The notes under the pieces are model-generated. The model worked only from the letters and a program-made list of their open reading frames with translations, ran no database searches and was not told where the DNA came from. This document shows, piece by piece, positions 17,224 to 25,640 of a stretch of 64,000 bases of DNA. This DNA is from Burkholderiales bacterium. GTDB taxonomy: Bacteria; Pseudomonadota; Gammaproteobacteria; Burkholderiales; SG8-39. The stretch's first letter is position 1. Each line of letters starts with the position of its first letter. Position numbers and translations under genes: made by a program. The DNA is taken from assembly GCA_036406675.1 (NCBI GenBank), contig DASXAO010000106.1, positions 12,042 to 76,041 of the forward strand, read 5' to 3'.

Positions 17224-18201
17224 TTAGCGACGCTTGCGGGCGGCCGCCCGGACACGCGGTTTCGGTACGTCAATCCGGGGCGCGTATTCGTATTCGGAAC
17301 CGGGGTACTGGCGAGCCAGCGAAGCAGCGAGCATGTCGCTCAATCGCGCCAGGTACGGCGGCTGGCGCTTCTCGTGCCAGTTGATGGCTAGCCAACGGCC
17401 GAGCGATCTTCCGGCCGCCACAATGGGCAGAACCGTCAGCCCTCTCTTGTTCATGATCAGCACCGAGGGCACGACCGCGATGCCATAGCCGCTTCGCGCC
17501 GCCGCTACCAGTGTCTGAGCGGTGGCCGCTTCCATGCGGATCTTCGGTCTGATGCCCGTGGTTTCGCACCCGGCGTCGAGCAGGGCACGCGTGCCAAAAC
17601 CAGCAGGCAGTGTCAGGATCTGCTCGTCGGCAAGTCTTGTTAAGTCGACCGTCCTGCCGTTGGCGAGAGGATGTCCGAGCGGCAATACGGCCAGCAGACG
17701 CCAGGGGAAGAGAAGCCGGGCCTGCAGCCGTGGCTCGGTCGGGCTCGCCACTGCAGCGTGCAATTCACCGCGGAGCACAGCTTGCATCGCATGCTCGCCG
17801 CCCTGCTCGCGGAGCTGCAACTCGACGTCGGGACAGCTCTTGCGATACTCGGCGATGAAGGGAGCGACCACGCTCTCCATGATCATCGGCGCGCATCCTA
17901 CGAGCAGCAGGCCGGCATTGCCTTCCGCGAGGGCCCGCGAACGCTCGTAGAGCGCTTCTCCTCCTCTGAGCAATTCGTGGCTGCGGGCGAGGAGATCATG
18001 GCCGTGCCGCGTGAGCGCGACACGCCGGCTGGTACGCTCGAACAGGCGCAAGCCGAGGGCTGATTCCAACTCTGCGATGCGGCGGGAAAGGGCGGGCTGA
18101 GTGACGTGCAGTGCCGCCGCCGCGGCGGAAAACCCGCCGCGCTCCGCGACGGTGACGAAGGCGCGTAGAAAACGCAGATCCAGGTCATGCGGCATCAGCA
18201 T
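17224..18201 (-). CDS. LysR-family transcriptional regulator
   Basis: The N-terminal HTH reads LRFLRAFVTVAERGGFSAAAAALHVTQPALSRRIAELE. About 325 aa. Divergent from a cupin gene. Confidence 0.9.
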   Translation of the reverse strand: MLMPHDLDLRFLRAFVTVAERGGFSAAAAALHVTQPALSRRIAELESALGLRLFERTSRRVALTRHGHDLLARSHELLRGGEALYERSRALAEGNAGLLLVGCAPMIMESVVAPFIAEYRKSCPDVELQLREQGGEHAMQAVLRGELHAAVASPTEPRLQARLLFPWRLLAVLPLGHPLANGRTVDLTRLADEQILTLPAGFGTRALLDAGCETTGIRPKIRMEAATAQTLVAAARSGYGIAVVPSVLIMNKRGLTVLPIVAAGRSLGRWLAINWHEKRQPPYLARLSDMLAASLARQYPGSEYEYAPRIDVPKPRVRAAARKRR

Positions 18202-18224
18202 TGATTCTAGAACATTAATGCATT
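18198..18224. promoter_or_regulatory. AT-rich inverted repeat in the LysR/cupin divergent region (candidate LysR box)
   Basis: GCATT-N14-AATGC with internal palindromes TTCTAGAA and CATTAATG. This is the only AT-rich patch in the 58-bp intergenic region. Confidence 0.3.
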
Positions 18225-18259
18225 GGACTTATAGCGTACCGCGTCCTAGCCTGACGGGC

Positions 18260-18799
18260 ATGACCGATGAATATCACGTGAGTGCCTTTATCACCGAGCT
18301 GCGCGCGGCGGCCACCCGCAAGCACGACGACGCGGCCATGCTCGCCGCCGTCAGACCGGCGTTGTTGCGCCTTGCGCGGTCTGACTCGTGGCGCTCGCCG
18401 CAGCTCTACGAGTGCGACGCCAGCCAAGGCTTCGGCGTCACGGTGTTGCATGAGGAGCCGGATCGCAGCCTGTGGCTTGTGGCCGTATCGTGGCTCCCCG
18501 GCAGGGGCGCCCAGCCGCACAACCACGGCACGTGGGCCGTTGTTGCCGGCGTGGACGGTGAAGAGAACAACATCCTTTGGCTTCGCCGCGGCGGGTGGCT
18601 CGAGCGGCAAGGCGAGGAGACGATTGGCCCGGGAAGCGCCGTCGGATTCCTGCCTCAGGCCATCCACAGCGTGAAGAACGAAGGCCCGCGCAGGACGCTG
18701 TCGCTTCACGTCTACGGAAAAAACCTGAACTGCGTCGAGCGCAGTCAATTCGACCCGGCGACGGGCCTGGAGCAGCCGTTCAAGCTTCGTCTCCAATGA
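18260..18799 (+). CDS. Cysteine-dioxygenase-like cupin (COG5553-type metal-dependent enzyme)
   Basis: WLPGRGAQPHNHGTWAVVAGVDGEE..IHSVKNEG is a cupin metal-ligand pattern. The start at ATG 18260 lies within ORF 18101..18799. Confidence 0.7.
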   Translation: MTDEYHVSAFITELRAAATRKHDDAAMLAAVRPALLRLARSDSWRSPQLYECDASQGFGVTVLHEEPDRSLWLVAVSWLPGRGAQPHNHGTWAVVAGVDGEENNILWLRRGGWLERQGEETIGPGSAVGFLPQAIHSVKNEGPRRTLSLHVYGKNLNCVERSQFDPATGLEQPFKLRLQ

Positions 18800-18822
18800 A
18801 CCCATTCGGACAGGAAAGCATC

Positions 18823-19124
18823 ATGAGCCAGTCAACGGCCCTCTGGATCGCCAGCGGTTTACTGCTCGCGTTGGTCGCTGCGCCGGTCGTCGCGCAGCAA
18901 AAGCCGGAAAAGACGCAGGGACTAGAGTCGCCGAGCAATCCCACTCCGACCGGCCCGGCATCGTCTACGTTCTCGAAGGGCCCATGACGGAGCATCGAGG
19001 AGAAAAAGCGAGGGAGGTCAAAGCCGGCGACACCTGGGTCGAGGACGCCGCCCCGCTGCATTGGCTGGAGAACAAGACTGACAGGCCGTGCGTGCTCCTT
19101 GCGATGGATCTAGTTAAGCCCTAA
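18823..19124 (+). pseudogene. Frameshifted/truncated periplasmic cupin remnant
   Basis: The signal-peptide frame (MSQSTALWIASGLLLALVAAPVVAQQ..) stops at 18987. The cupin core (SHSDRPGIVYVLEGP..AGDTWVEDAAPLHWLENKTDRPCVLL) continues in another frame to TAA 19122-19124 and has no start of its own. Confidence 0.45.
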
Positions 19125-19269
19125 TCCGCCCGAAGTCCCGGGCGTCGGCTACTGGCCGCGGGCGGCGGCGCCCTTGCTGCGCCGCTATCATCTGGCGGGC
19201 ATGTTCCTCGTCCTTTGCGGCGTCTGGCTGGCCGGGCGTTCCCCGCACGCCGTCGGTCGGGCCTCGTGA
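19114..19269 (+). pseudogene. 3'-terminal remnant of a DMT/EamA transporter gene
   Basis: The open frame reads ..PLLRRYHLAGMFLVLCGVWLAGRSPH.., which resembles an EamA C-terminus. It has no start and no body. Its TGA overlaps the GTG of the downstream GNAT gene (GTGA). Confidence 0.35.
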
Positions 19270-20060
19270 ATCCAATCGAGCTTGCGGAAAAGCTAAAGCA
19301 GTTAAGCATCCAAACGGACCCGTGCGCGCGCGCGGACGGGCTCAAACAATATCGTTTCCACGCGCCACCTTTCGGCTCGGCGTACGTGAGCATCTCGCCG
19401 GCGGAGCAGGGACCCTTTGCATCGTCGAACTTCAACCGCGTCTATTTGTGCGGAGCCGAGGACGGGCTGAGCGCCGATGGTCTGGCGGAGATTGCCGATC
19501 TCTTCGGGCAGGCGGGCGTCGACCGATACTATGCCTGGCTCAGCCCGGGACCGCGCATGGAGCTCGTGCGGCGCTGGCTCGCGGATGCCGGCATGACGCG
19601 GCGAACGCATGTCCGCTATCTCACGCTTGCGCGCGATGCCAGCGCACCGTTGCTTTCCGCCGTGCGCGTCGAGGCACGCGAGTTGGAGGCAGGCGAAGCA
19701 AGAAATCTCGCGGAACGTCACGAGGGCATCGCCTGGCCGGATTATCTTCGCTCGGCCGGCGCGCCGGGCTTCCACCATTTCATGGCGTTTGACGGCAGCA
19801 CGCCGATCGCGACGGCCGTGCTGTACGTGCTCGGCGATCTCGGCTATCTCGGCACTGCGCTCACAGGCGAGCCTTTCCGCGGCCGCGGCGCTCAGCAGGC
19901 ATTGATTGCCAGGCGGATCGAAGCCGCGGCAGCGCTGGGTTGCCGGATCCTCGTTTCGGAGACGCTGTCGTTTCTGGAGGTCTCCTTGCGAAACCTCCAA
20001 AAGGCGGGATTCAGGACGATCTTCGAGAAGGAGGTGTACGAGGCCAAGCTCGAGCATTGA
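19266..20060 (+). CDS. GNAT-family N-acetyltransferase
   Basis: The acetyl-CoA motif A reads FRGRGAQQALIARRIEAAAALGCRILVSET. The ORF track start is TTG 19215; GTG 19266 is preferred because of the overlap with the upstream remnant. Confidence 0.7.
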   Translation: MNPIELAEKLKQLSIQTDPCARADGLKQYRFHAPPFGSAYVSISPAEQGPFASSNFNRVYLCGAEDGLSADGLAEIADLFGQAGVDRYYAWLSPGPRMELVRRWLADAGMTRRTHVRYLTLARDASAPLLSAVRVEARELEAGEARNLAERHEGIAWPDYLRSAGAPGFHHFMAFDGSTPIATAVLYVLGDLGYLGTALTGEPFRGRGAQQALIARRIEAAAALGCRILVSETLSFLEVSLRNLQKAGFRTIFEKEVYEAKLEH

Positions 20061-20102
20061 TCGAGATGGGCGCTTCCGACCTAAACTGCCAACTTAGCGT
20101 GA

Positions 20103-20522
20103 CTATCCTTGCAAATACCGGATCACAGCGTCCCTAAAATTCCGCAGCGCGGCGTCCTTTCCATGGCGCTCCATTGCCGCATGGAACGATAGGTAGTCGC
20201 TTGCGCCCAGGCTGCGGTAGGACGCGCGCAACTCATCCGTATCCTCCTTTTCCACGACGAAGAGCGGCAGCGCCCGGACGATGAGGATCGGTATGTCGCT
20301 CGCCCATGATTCGGCCCGAAGATGCGTCACAAGGCGGTATGGACGAGCCTCGTCAAAGTGATAGCCCACCACGCAGAGGTGCGGCCGCCATGACTTGGCC
20401 TCGTCGACCGCCTTTTCGTAGGAAACGGCGTTGAAGACCTCGACTTCCTGACCGTCAAGCACTCCACGCAACTCGGTCATTGCCCTATTCGTGTCAGCGA
20501 CCAGGATTCGCCAGCGGGCCAT
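20103..20522 (-). CDS. Stand-alone receiver-like (degenerate CheY-fold) protein
   Basis: RILVADTN, ..CVVGYHFDE.., PILIV and GASDYLSF mirror REC beta1, beta3, beta4 and beta5 positions. The acidic pocket is incomplete and there is no conserved Lys. Confidence 0.5.
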   Translation of the reverse strand: MARWRILVADTNRAMTELRGVLDGQEVEVFNAVSYEKAVDEAKSWRPHLCVVGYHFDEARPYRLVTHLRAESWASDIPILIVRALPLFVVEKEDTDELRASYRSLGASDYLSFHAAMERHGKDAALRNFRDAVIRYLQG

Positions 20523-20735
20523 CCCCTCACTCCCTAACGAGCGTGCTTACCATGCACGCTCGGGCGCGGTCCACCCTTGAACGCCCGTTTGTGCATCGCT
20601 GAACCCCGTGGTCCGCGGGTGCCGGGGAGTCCGGCAGAACACGGTAAAAAGCGAACGGAGCGAGGTGTCGGGATTTTCCGGACTGTGCCATCATTCGCTG
20701 CCCTAACGTTCTATCGCTATTTGCACTACATTCCC

Positions 20736-20966
20736 ATGCCTACCGCGCGCTCTGGCGCCCTCCGCGCCGCCGCACAAGTCATTGGAGGTCCGGCCTCCTT
20801 AGCGTCCAGGCTCGGGGTGAGCGAGTTGCAACTCGAGCAATGGATCAATGGAAAGGAGTCGGTCCCTACGGAGGTATTCCTTCTGGTCGTGGACCTGCTC
20901 GAGCGCCACGACCGCCGTAAGGCACCGAGGCCCGAAGGAAACGATTCGCAGCCGGGCCCCAGGTAG
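20736..20966 (+). CDS. Small HTH-like protein (76 aa), paralog of 58522..58755
   Basis: LGVSELQLEQWINGKESVPTEVFLLVVDLLERH aligns with LGVNPSEVLAWVEGRAEPAINLFLRLVDLIERS at about 30% identity. This is a Cro/YdaS-like HTH pattern. Confidence 0.5.
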   Translation: MPTARSGALRAAAQVIGGPASLASRLGVSELQLEQWINGKESVPTEVFLLVVDLLERHDRRKAPRPEGNDSQPGPR

Positions 20967-20979
20967 AGCCAGACGGCGT

Positions 20980-21180
20980 TTACTTTCTGAAGAACAGCTG
21001 GACCGCTCCCGCGGCCGCGAGAACCGCGCCGCCGATCATCGTCCACATCGCCTTGTCGGTCGGTGAGCCCGTGAAGACGCGGCTCACCTTCGAGTCGAAC
21101 GCCCCCGACATGTTGTACCCCCAGATCAGCAAGGCGACGCCGGCGACGAGCAGGGCGATTCCGATGACGTTCTTGTTCAT
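20980..21180 (-). CDS. DUF3185-like small membrane protein (66 aa)
   Basis: MNKNVIGIALLVAGVALLIWGY..GGAVLAAAGAVQLFFRK has two TM helices. The RBS GAGGGAGGA lies upstream of ATG 21180. Confidence 0.6.
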   Translation of the reverse strand: MNKNVIGIALLVAGVALLIWGYNMSGAFDSKVSRVFTGSPTDKAMWTMIGGAVLAAAGAVQLFFRK

Positions 21181-21214
21181 GCCGTCCTCCCTCTGTTGAA
21201 GTTGAACTTGCAGA

Positions 21215-22393
21215 TCAGACCAGCTCCACGGTGAGCGGATTGTAGGAGTACAGCCAGGCATTGCGCGCGGCGCCCTCGTCGCGCTTCGCGAAGGCGCGGC
21301 GCAGCGCCTGCTGGTCGCGCATGTGGAAGAGCGTGCGGTTGCCGCTGGAGCCTTCGACGATCCGCGCGGTGCGCTCGATGCGATTGCGCTGATAGATCTG
21401 CAGCGCATCGGGCACGTCGGCCATGTCGAGGGCGCGCGTCAGCACCGCGGCGTCCTCGATCGCCATGGCGGCGCCCTGGGCCAGGTAGGGCAGCGTGGCG
21501 TGGACGGAATCGCCGAGCAGGGTCGCGCGCCGGGTGCTCCAGTTCGAGATCGGCGGGCGATAGAAGAGCGACCAGCGGTAGCACGCATCGCGGTCGGCGA
21601 GCTCGACGAGGGTCTGGATGTCGGGATGCCAGCCGGCAAAATCGGCCTTCAGCTTCTCCCAGGGGAAGCGGGCGGTCCACGACTCCTCCGAAACCTCTTC
21701 GGTTTCCACCAGGCCGACGAAGTTCAGCAGCGCCCCCGCGCGCAGGTAATAGCAAACGACGTGGGCGCCCGGCCCCATCCAGACCGACATCACCGGCCCC
21801 ATGAAGTCGCGCGGCAGGCTCTGCGTCGGAACGGTAAGCCGCCATGCCGCGTCGCCGGTATATGCGGGGTGCGCTTCACCGGCGATCTGGGCGCGCACCG
21901 CGGACTTCACGCCGTCGGCGCCGACGAGCAGGTCCGCGCTGACGGTCTCGCCGCCCGCGAGGTGCACGCGCACTTCGCCAGCGGTCTCTTCGAACCCGGT
22001 CACGCGCGAATCGAGACGGATGGCGTCCTTCCCGAGGTCCCGGACCTTGCCGACAAGGAGCTGCTGGAAGTCGGCGCGATGGAGCTGGTTGTAAGGCGCA
22101 CGGTGCAGGCGCAGGTGCTCGTCCGCGAGCGCGAACTGGCTGATCACTTCACCCGTGTCGTGCAGGCGAAAGACATAGGCCTCGGGTCGGACTGCAATCG
22201 CGGAGAGGGCGTCGGCGAGCTCGAGGTCGATGAGCACGTGCATCGCATTGGCGCTCATCTGGATGCCGGCACCGACCTCGACGAGCTCGGGCGCCTGCTC
22301 GAGGATCTGCACGTCGTGCCCGGCCTTGATCAGGCAGGCCGCGGCCGTCAGACCGCCGATGCCGGCCCCTGCGATAAGGATCTTTTTCGGCAT
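21215..22393 (-). CDS. FAD-dependent aromatic monooxygenase (salicylate/3-hydroxybenzoate hydroxylase-like)
   Basis: Has KILIAGAGIGGLTAAACL (GxGxxG) and LLGDSVHATLPYLAQGAAMAIED (GD motif). The start is at ATG 22393. Confidence 0.85.
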   Translation of the reverse strand: MPKKILIAGAGIGGLTAAACLIKAGHDVQILEQAPELVEVGAGIQMSANAMHVLIDLELADALSAIAVRPEAYVFRLHDTGEVISQFALADEHLRLHRAPYNQLHRADFQQLLVGKVRDLGKDAIRLDSRVTGFEETAGEVRVHLAGGETVSADLLVGADGVKSAVRAQIAGEAHPAYTGDAAWRLTVPTQSLPRDFMGPVMSVWMGPGAHVVCYYLRAGALLNFVGLVETEEVSEESWTARFPWEKLKADFAGWHPDIQTLVELADRDACYRWSLFYRPPISNWSTRRATLLGDSVHATLPYLAQGAAMAIEDAAVLTRALDMADVPDALQIYQRNRIERTARIVEGSSGNRTLFHMRDQQALRRAFAKRDEGAARNAWLYSYNPLTVELV

Positions 22394-22513
22394 GGCTTTT
22401 CTTGGACAGTTGTAAACCAATCCCGTGTCGGCGTACAGCCGGACCGGCGATATTTCCCCGGGAATTGGAATCCGCTTCCGCGCGCACTCTGGTCCATGCG
22501 CGATCCTGCGGTG

Positions 22514-23107
22514 TCACCGCCGGCGGCCGGGTACCTCCGGGCGCAGGTGAAGGAGCAAGGCGGCGCATATCAAGACGAAAGCAACGCGCGGCGCTACGAA
22601 GGCGACCGCAGTCGCGGTCGCGAAGGTCGCGAGAACGGCGAGAGATCGGCGTCTCGCCATCTGCCGCGCGCGGTCGGACACCTGTGCAGGCTGCGCTTGC
22701 GCCAATACCTCTCGCTCGAAGACGTTATAGGCGATGTCCACGCACACGAAAACCGCTGCATAGAGCGCCATGGGCTCGGACGCGAGCTGGGTGCGCGCAA
22801 CCCACGCCGTCGCGAAAGGAAGGAACGACACCATGAAGAGGTGGGCGAAGTTCATCCACATCAGCTTCAGCGTCGGGTGACCCACGAGCGACATCAGGTG
22901 ATGGTGGTTCATCCAGATGATGGCGATGAAGAGGTAGCTCACGGCATAGCTGATCACCGTGGGCCCGAGATCCCGGAGGGCGGAGAACGCCGGATCCTCC
23001 GGTGCCTTCAGCTCCAGAACCATCACGGTCATGATCACAGCGATGACTGCGTCCGAGAATGCGGCGACCCGGTGCGCGGTGACCTCGCGTGCTCGCTCTT
23101 CGTGCAT
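22514..23107 (-). CDS. TMEM175/DUF1211-family potassium channel-like protein
   Basis: Carries the RVAAFSDAVIAVIMTVMVLEL (RxxxFSD) signature and six TM segments. Confidence 0.7.
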   Translation of the reverse strand: MHEERAREVTAHRVAAFSDAVIAVIMTVMVLELKAPEDPAFSALRDLGPTVISYAVSYLFIAIIWMNHHHLMSLVGHPTLKLMWMNFAHLFMVSFLPFATAWVARTQLASEPMALYAAVFVCVDIAYNVFEREVLAQAQPAQVSDRARQMARRRSLAVLATFATATAVAFVAPRVAFVLICAALLLHLRPEVPGRRR

Positions 23108-23201
23108 GCGAGTAACTCTAGGGCCCCTGCATGACATGCAAGCGCGCAAGACGCGCGGCCTGAACGCGGCGCTTAGACGCCGCTAGCTGCCGATCTCTTC
23201 G

Positions 23202-23762
23202 TTACAGCGCCGAGAGATAGCGCGCGATGGCGGCGCGCTCGGGCTCGGTCAGGGCGCGCATGAATCCGGGCATGTCGAGGTTGTTGCTGCGCTCGTTCCG
23301 GGCGAACGCGCGCATTTCGTGGACCAGGTATTCGTAGCTGAGGCCCGCCAGCCGCGGCGCCGGCATGCCGCCCTGGAAGTTCGGCTGATGACAGGGCTGG
23401 CACTGGGCGATGCCCTTCGGCGGCGCGGGCGGCTTGGCCTGGGCCTTCTTGGACGGCCAGGGCTTGGCCGCGAAATAGGCGGCGAGCTGGCGCAGGTCCC
23501 CCTCGGCCAGGCCCTTGGCGAGCGGCGCCATGACCGCGCTCGGGCGCCCGCCGTTGCGAAAATCGCGAAGCTGCTTCATGAGATAGCTCTCTTGCTGACC
23601 CCAGATGACAGGAATGGTCTTGGGGTCGGTGGGAACGCCCTTGTTCCCATGACACGCCGCACAAACCTGCGCCTTGGCGTCGATGTCATCCGCGGCGTGC
23701 ACCGGTGTGATCGCAAGGCAGGTACCGATTCCGAAAACCGCCGAAGCAAAGCGTCTGAGCAT
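23202..23762 (-). CDS. Dihaem cytochrome c (c4-like)
   Basis: Signal peptide plus two CxxCH motifs (CAACHG, CQPCHQ). 186 aa. Confidence 0.85.
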   Translation of the reverse strand: MLRRFASAVFGIGTCLAITPVHAADDIDAKAQVCAACHGNKGVPTDPKTIPVIWGQQESYLMKQLRDFRNGGRPSAVMAPLAKGLAEGDLRQLAAYFAAKPWPSKKAQAKPPAPPKGIAQCQPCHQPNFQGGMPAPRLAGLSYEYLVHEMRAFARNERSNNLDMPGFMRALTEPERAAIARYLSAL

Positions 23763-23851
23763 GACCGTATTGCCCTCCCCGTGTGCCGAGTATGATAGGT
23801 GAGTCCGGCCCCATGAGGACAGAGTCCACCGACAGTGTTCACGGAGAGCCT

Positions 23852-25495
23852 ATGCGCGCCACGCTGATGCTGACCCTTGCCGCGACCGCGATTCTTCTTC
23901 CTTCCATCGCTGGCGCCGGCCCGAACGGGGACCCGGCGCTCACCGGCACCGTCAGCTCGGAGGCCGAAGGCAAGATGGAAGGCGTGGTCGTCACCGCGCG
24001 CCAGGGAAAATCGATCGTCGAAGTGAGCGTGACCACCGACGCGGACGGCCGCTACAGCTTCCCGCGCACTCACCTAAAGCCGGGGCAATACACCCTCAGC
24101 ACACGCGCGGTCGGCTATGACATCGCCGCCCCCGCCAAGGCGACCGTGTCGGACATCGAGCCGGCCACGGCCGACATCAAGCTGAAGAAGACGAAGAATC
24201 TCGCCGGCCAGCTCACCAACGCCGAGTGGCTGAACAGCATCCCGGGCACCGAAGAGCAGAAAGCGGGACTGCTGAATTGCGTCGGCTGCCACACGCTCGA
24301 GCGCATCGTGCGCTCGACGCACAACTCGGACGAGTGGACGAAGGTGATCAGCCGCATGCGGGGCTACGGCGCCGTCAGCCAGCCGATCAAGCCGCAGCCC
24401 ATGCTGGACCGCGCCCGCGCCGGATCGCCCGAGGATTTCCGCAAGATGGCGGACTACCTCGCCACCATCAATCTGAGCGCGACCGACCGCTGGCAATACG
24501 AATTGAAGACCCTGCCGCGGCCCAAGGGCCGCGACACCCGCGCGATCGTCACCCACTACGACGTGGTGCGGCCGACGAGCGAGCCGCACGACATCCTCGT
24601 CGATCAGGAGGGCAAGGTCTGGTACACGGATTTCGGCGAGATGTTCATCGGCAAGTTCGACCCGAAGACGCTGAAGCTCGTCGAGTACCCGATCAAGAAG
24701 TTCAAGGAAAAAGCGCCGACCGGGCTGCTCTCCATCGAGTTCGATCGCGAAGGCAAGATCTGGTTCGACACGATGTACCAGGGCTCGCTCGGCTGCCTGG
24801 ATCCGAAGACCGGCAAGATCGACTACTACCCGGTCTCCAAGGAATGGAACGACGACACCGTGCAGCTCAACTTCACCGGGCTGCGCCACGACGTAGACGG
24901 CAAGGTCTGGACCAAGACGGTGGGCACGCAGCACATCTTCAGGGTCGACCTGAAGACCGGGAAATGGGAGCGCTTCCACCCGACCGACGACCTGCAGACG
25001 GTCAAGAACGCCAGCATCTACCAGGTGATTTCGGATTCGCAGAACAATCTGTGGATGGCCGAATTCACCGCGGGCCACATCGGCAAGATCGACGCGAAGA
25101 CGACCAAGGTGACGTGGTACCCGTTCCCCACGCCGAACGCCCGCGCCCGCCGCATGATGATCGATGAGCAGGACCGCATCACGGTGGCCGAGTATCGCGG
25201 CAACAAGGTCGCGGTGTTCGACACCAGGGCCGAGAAGTTCACCGAATACGATCTGCCGCCGCGCACGTATCCGTATCGTGCGGTTTTCGACAAGAACGGC
25301 GAAATCTGGGCCTCGACGATGCACACCGACCGCGTCGTGCGGCTCGACCCCAAGACCGGCAACACGGCGCAATACATGATGCCCTCCGACACCAACATGC
25401 GCACCGTGTTCGTCGACAACTCGACCACGCCGGTGACGTTCTGGGTCGGCAGCAACCATGACCACCGGATCGTGAAGGTCGAGCCGCTCGACTGA
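23852..25495 (+). CDS. Periplasmic CarboxypepD_reg + cytochrome-c (CxxCH) + Vgb-like beta-propeller protein
   Basis: Signal peptide, then GTVSS..VVVTARQG..TDADGRYSF, then LLNCVGCHTLERI, then repeated G(K/E)(V/I)W(Y/F/T) propeller blades as in streptogramin-lyase-like proteins. Confidence 0.75.
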   Translation: MRATLMLTLAATAILLPSIAGAGPNGDPALTGTVSSEAEGKMEGVVVTARQGKSIVEVSVTTDADGRYSFPRTHLKPGQYTLSTRAVGYDIAAPAKATVSDIEPATADIKLKKTKNLAGQLTNAEWLNSIPGTEEQKAGLLNCVGCHTLERIVRSTHNSDEWTKVISRMRGYGAVSQPIKPQPMLDRARAGSPEDFRKMADYLATINLSATDRWQYELKTLPRPKGRDTRAIVTHYDVVRPTSEPHDILVDQEGKVWYTDFGEMFIGKFDPKTLKLVEYPIKKFKEKAPTGLLSIEFDREGKIWFDTMYQGSLGCLDPKTGKIDYYPVSKEWNDDTVQLNFTGLRHDVDGKVWTKTVGTQHIFRVDLKTGKWERFHPTDDLQTVKNASIYQVISDSQNNLWMAEFTAGHIGKIDAKTTKVTWYPFPTPNARARRMMIDEQDRITVAEYRGNKVAVFDTRAEKFTEYDLPPRTYPYRAVFDKNGEIWASTMHTDRVVRLDPKTGNTAQYMMPSDTNMRTVFVDNSTTPVTFWVGSNHDHRIVKVEPLD

Positions 25496-25539
25496 GGCGA
25501 CGCGGTCGGGCAAAACGTCGGACAAGCAACAGGACAGAA

Positions 25540-25572
25540 GGTCCGGTATTCCACCGGGCCGTCTTTCTTTTT
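25540..25572 (+). terminator. Rho-independent terminator
   Basis: GGTCCGGT-ATTCC-ACCGGGCC followed by GTCTTTCTTTTT. Confidence 0.7.
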
Positions 25573-25640
25573 CCGTTGACCGGCACGTGGCCGTGCCGGC
25601 AACATCCGCGTTCCACTTTTGGGAGACTTAGGAGAGAGGA

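Noticed and set aside
17012-21200. Genomic island integrated at tRNA-Lys.
   Set aside because: There is no integrase, transposase or phage gene, no distal full-length direct repeat found in the window, and no clear compositional break. Only a local att-like scar and some decayed genes are present, so no mobile element is called.
25581-25600. Perfect palindrome CCGGCACG-TGGC-CGTGCCGG upstream of the MBL gene as a terminator.
   Set aside because: No T-run follows on either strand. It may be an operator or may have no function, and there is not enough evidence to call a feature.
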